Shown one piece after another: positions 53,500 through 55,456 of a DNA stretch of 55,456 bases. Under the pieces are notes generated by a model. It was not told the DNA's origin and searched no databases. It saw only the letters and a program-made list of their open reading frames with translations. How positions within the stretch are numbered: the stretch's first letter is position 1; the number at the start of each line of letters is the position of its first letter. Made by a program: the position numbers and the translations under genes. This stretch comes from Firmicutes bacterium UBA4981 (lineage in GTDB: Bacteria > Bacillota > SHA-98 > UBA4971): contig DGZL01000166.1 of NCBI GenBank assembly GCA_002398515.1, forward strand, positions 12,885 through 68,340, given 5' to 3'.

Positions 53500-54836
53500 C
53501 AGCAACGCGCGCACACGCATATTTAGGATTTGGCTCCAACTTAGGAGAAAGGCGAGAGAACATCGCTAAGGGTCTGGCCGTGTTACATGAGTCCGGGAGG
53601 GTAGAGGTTGCTAAGGTATCTTCTCTCTATGAGACAGAACCTGTGGGCTACACTGAACAGGGGCTATTCTTGAACGCTGTTGCCCGGGTTGAGACCGATC
53701 TTTCGCCTCAAGACTTGTTGTCCCTCTGCAAAGACGTAGAAGTTCAACTTGGCCGAAAGGCAACGGTAAGATGGGGGCCGAGGATTCTTGATATCGACAT
53801 TCTCATGTACTTTGTGAAATCAGGCGATCCTCCTCCGGACGATAGTGAAAACAGCACTCAGATAAAGATAGATACTCCGACCCTGACCCTTCCTCACCCT
53901 CGGATGTGGGAGAGGGGGTTTGTCATTATTCCATTAGCTGAGGTAAATCCCAATCTCTTGATGCCTGACGGACGTCAAATCAAATCCCTTATCCGAGACC
54001 TCAGTATCTGGACAGGCCTTCACTTATTTGAGACCGGACATTGGCGGCAGGGAGGCGGCCTAAACCGTAAGGGCCGGCGAGTAGTGCGGTTTACCGAGGT
54101 AGAATCAACAAATACCGTAGCTGCTAATCTTGCTTCTAGTGGTGCCGCTGAAGGCACTTGCGTCATAGCAAAAACCCAAAGCGCAGGTAGGGGAAGGCGA
54201 GGACGACTATGGCATTCGCCCCCCGGTGGACTATGGCTTTCCCTGGTGCTGAGGCCTAAGGTTCAATCACAAGACGTGGCCTGGCTGTCTCTTATCGCCG
54301 GTGTTGCTGTGTCTTCTGCCATTCGGGATACGTTTAGGCTTCCTGCAGTAGTCAAGTGGCCCAATGATGTGCTGGTCTCCGGGAAGAAGGTATGCGGGAT
54401 ATTGCCTGAGACTAGGTTTATCGGAGATAAGATGGACTTTGCCGTTGTTGGAATAGGAGTTAATGTCGCAATTGACATAGATTTGCTTCCACTTGAGGTT
54501 CGGGAGACTTGCGCAACTTTGGTAAGTCCCGATCATCCTCATGCCTCCGAAGCCCGGGAGGCATTGATAGTGTCCATATTGGACAACTTTTCTCTATTGT
54601 ACAAACAGTTTTTGTCCGAGGGTTTTTTGGAGATACTGCAAAAGGTAAGAGAGTACTGTGACATGCTTGGACGGGAAGTTACCGTCTCGCGACTTGGAAC
54701 GCCTATTCAGGGGATTGCAGTAGACATAGACTCTGATGCCGGGCTGATTATTCGCACTAAGTCAGGGGAAGATGTTCATGTAGTCTCCGGGGAGGTAAGC
54801 GTTGGGGTTCCAGGCGCAGGTTACGCCTGTGAATGA
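53496..54836 (+). CDS. folK: Fusion protein: N-terminal HPPK (FolK) and C-terminal class-I biotin-protein ligase (BirA catalytic plus C-terminal domains)
   Basis: Residues 1 to about 165: AYLGFGSNLGERREN, SLYETEPVG, GPRILDIDIL, LPHPRMWERGFV. From about residue 195: EVESTN, QSAGRGRRGRLWHSPPGG, VKWPNDVLVSGKKVCGIL, GIGVNV. One uninterrupted frame. Confidence 0.8.
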   Translation: MTATRAHAYLGFGSNLGERRENIAKGLAVLHESGRVEVAKVSSLYETEPVGYTEQGLFLNAVARVETDLSPQDLLSLCKDVEVQLGRKATVRWGPRILDIDILMYFVKSGDPPPDDSENSTQIKIDTPTLTLPHPRMWERGFVIIPLAEVNPNLLMPDGRQIKSLIRDLSIWTGLHLFETGHWRQGGGLNRKGRRVVRFTEVESTNTVAANLASSGAAEGTCVIAKTQSAGRGRRGRLWHSPPGGLWLSLVLRPKVQSQDVAWLSLIAGVAVSSAIRDTFRLPAVVKWPNDVLVSGKKVCGILPETRFIGDKMDFAVVGIGVNVAIDIDLLPLEVRETCATLVSPDHPHASEAREALIVSILDNFSLLYKQFLSEGFLEILQKVREYCDMLGREVTVSRLGTPIQGIAVDIDSDAGLIIRTKSGEDVHVVSGEVSVGVPGAGYACE

Positions 54837-54839
54837 GGG

Positions 54840-55295
54840 GTGGCATGTGGAATGTCTCCAAGAATCCTTGCTCTTGTCATCGCTTTGGTGGCCGGTGTAT
54901 CCATGGCGATACAGGGATCAATTAATACCAAACTCGGACAAGTTATTGGTAATTGGGAGGCCATTTTCGTCGTGCAAGTAGTGGGCCTTGCCACTATTTT
55001 GATCCTCTTATTCGTGTTTGGTATAGGGAAAGGGAACCTTGGCCGCATGGCCCAGGGGCCCTGGTACTCTCCGCTTGGCGGTCTGATAGGTGTCCTCATT
55101 GTCTGGGGTGTTGTCTTTAGCATACCTAAACTGGGTGTGGCGGTAGCGACTACCTCCATTATTGTGGGACAAACCCTTACAGCTCTCATCATAGATCATT
55201 TCGGGCTTTTCGGTCTAAGTCCGGTGCCTTTCACATGGCTTAAAGCGCTGGGCTTGGTTCTTCTCGCTGCAGGTGCAGGGCTGCTTTTAGGCTGA
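54840..55295 (+). CDS. DMT-superfamily membrane protein, DUF606/YdcZ family
   Basis: 151 aa, 5 hydrophobic spans. GVSMAIQGSINTKLG and IIVGQTLTALIIDHFGLFG. Confidence 0.75.
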   Translation: MACGMSPRILALVIALVAGVSMAIQGSINTKLGQVIGNWEAIFVVQVVGLATILILLFVFGIGKGNLGRMAQGPWYSPLGGLIGVLIVWGVVFSIPKLGVAVATTSIIVGQTLTALIIDHFGLFGLSPVPFTWLKALGLVLLAAGAGLLLG

Positions 55296-55456
55296 GTATG
55301 GGCCGGTAGTTTGCGTCGCTGTTCCTGACTACATTTTTTGAAGCCTCATAGGAACCCGTTGAGATTTGTGCTACATTTGAGAAATACCATAAAATGAGGA
55401 GAACCGTTAAAAATTAGCAGGAAATACCACAAACTCATCGAAGATTGAAGTGCTGT

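Noticed and set aside
1-55456. CRISPR arrays, tRNA, rRNA or obvious defence-system genes
   Set aside because: I noticed no regularly spaced repeats of 24 nt or more, no cloverleaf-like or rRNA-like segments, and no nuclease, methylase or helicase-type ORFs. Essentially all large ORFs are accounted for by metabolic, flagellar or housekeeping functions.

Overview
This is a chromosomal segment of about 50% GC (judged by eye) from a flagellated, endospore-forming Firmicutes/Bacillota-type bacterium. No rRNA, tRNA or CRISPR array was seen.

Layout, left to right:
(i) 1-7.2 kb, + strand: a carbohydrate/polyol cluster. It holds a CUT1 ABC binding protein (5' truncated), two permeases, an FGGY kinase, a Zn-dependent polyol dehydrogenase, a short TIM-family isomerase, YjbQ/UPF0047 and a SIS-domain protein.
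(ii) 7.4-11.1 kb: the conserved glmU-prs-ctc-pth block, followed by an alpha/beta-type SASP gene on the - strand.
(iii) 11.9-36.3 kb, + strand: one long flagellar operon, flgB-flgC-fliE-fliF-fliG-fliH-fliI-fliJ-fliK-flgD-(flagellar operon protein)-flgE-flbD-motA-motB-fliL-fliM-fliN-fliO-fliP-fliQ-fliR-flhB-flhA-flhF-flhG-PilZ-fliA, closed by two uncharacterised genes.
(iv) 36.3-39.6 kb, - strand, convergent: an acyl-CoA dehydrogenase / etfB / ferredoxin-fused etfA operon.
(v) 39.6-46.1 kb, - strand: a visibly AT-rich sucrose/fructan-type island (SBP, two permeases, IS21 relic, GH32 hydrolase, LacI regulator) bracketed by a 22-bp imperfect direct repeat.
(vi) 46.3-47.6 kb: an AbrB-type gene broken by an in-frame stop, then a csoR-type repressor with a textbook promoter and operator, then trxA.
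(vii) 48.0-51.7 kb: glutamate formimidoyltransferase, hutI, formimino-THF cyclodeaminase and a cysteine hydrolase.
(viii) 51.9-55.3 kb: folP (with an N-terminal extension), folB, and folK fused in frame to a class-I biotin protein ligase, then a DUF606/YdcZ transporter.

The points most worth follow-up are:
- the FolK-BirA fusion ORF;
- the polyol cluster, whose enzyme set resembles a tetritol (erythritol/threitol-type) route but with YjbQ and SIS components;
- the repeat-bounded AT-rich island with an IS21 relic inside its operon;
- the CsoR-type operator controlling only a thioredoxin;
- the two unknown proteins that end the flagellar operon.

All functional calls rest on motif recognition by eye in the supplied translations. 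No database search was run.
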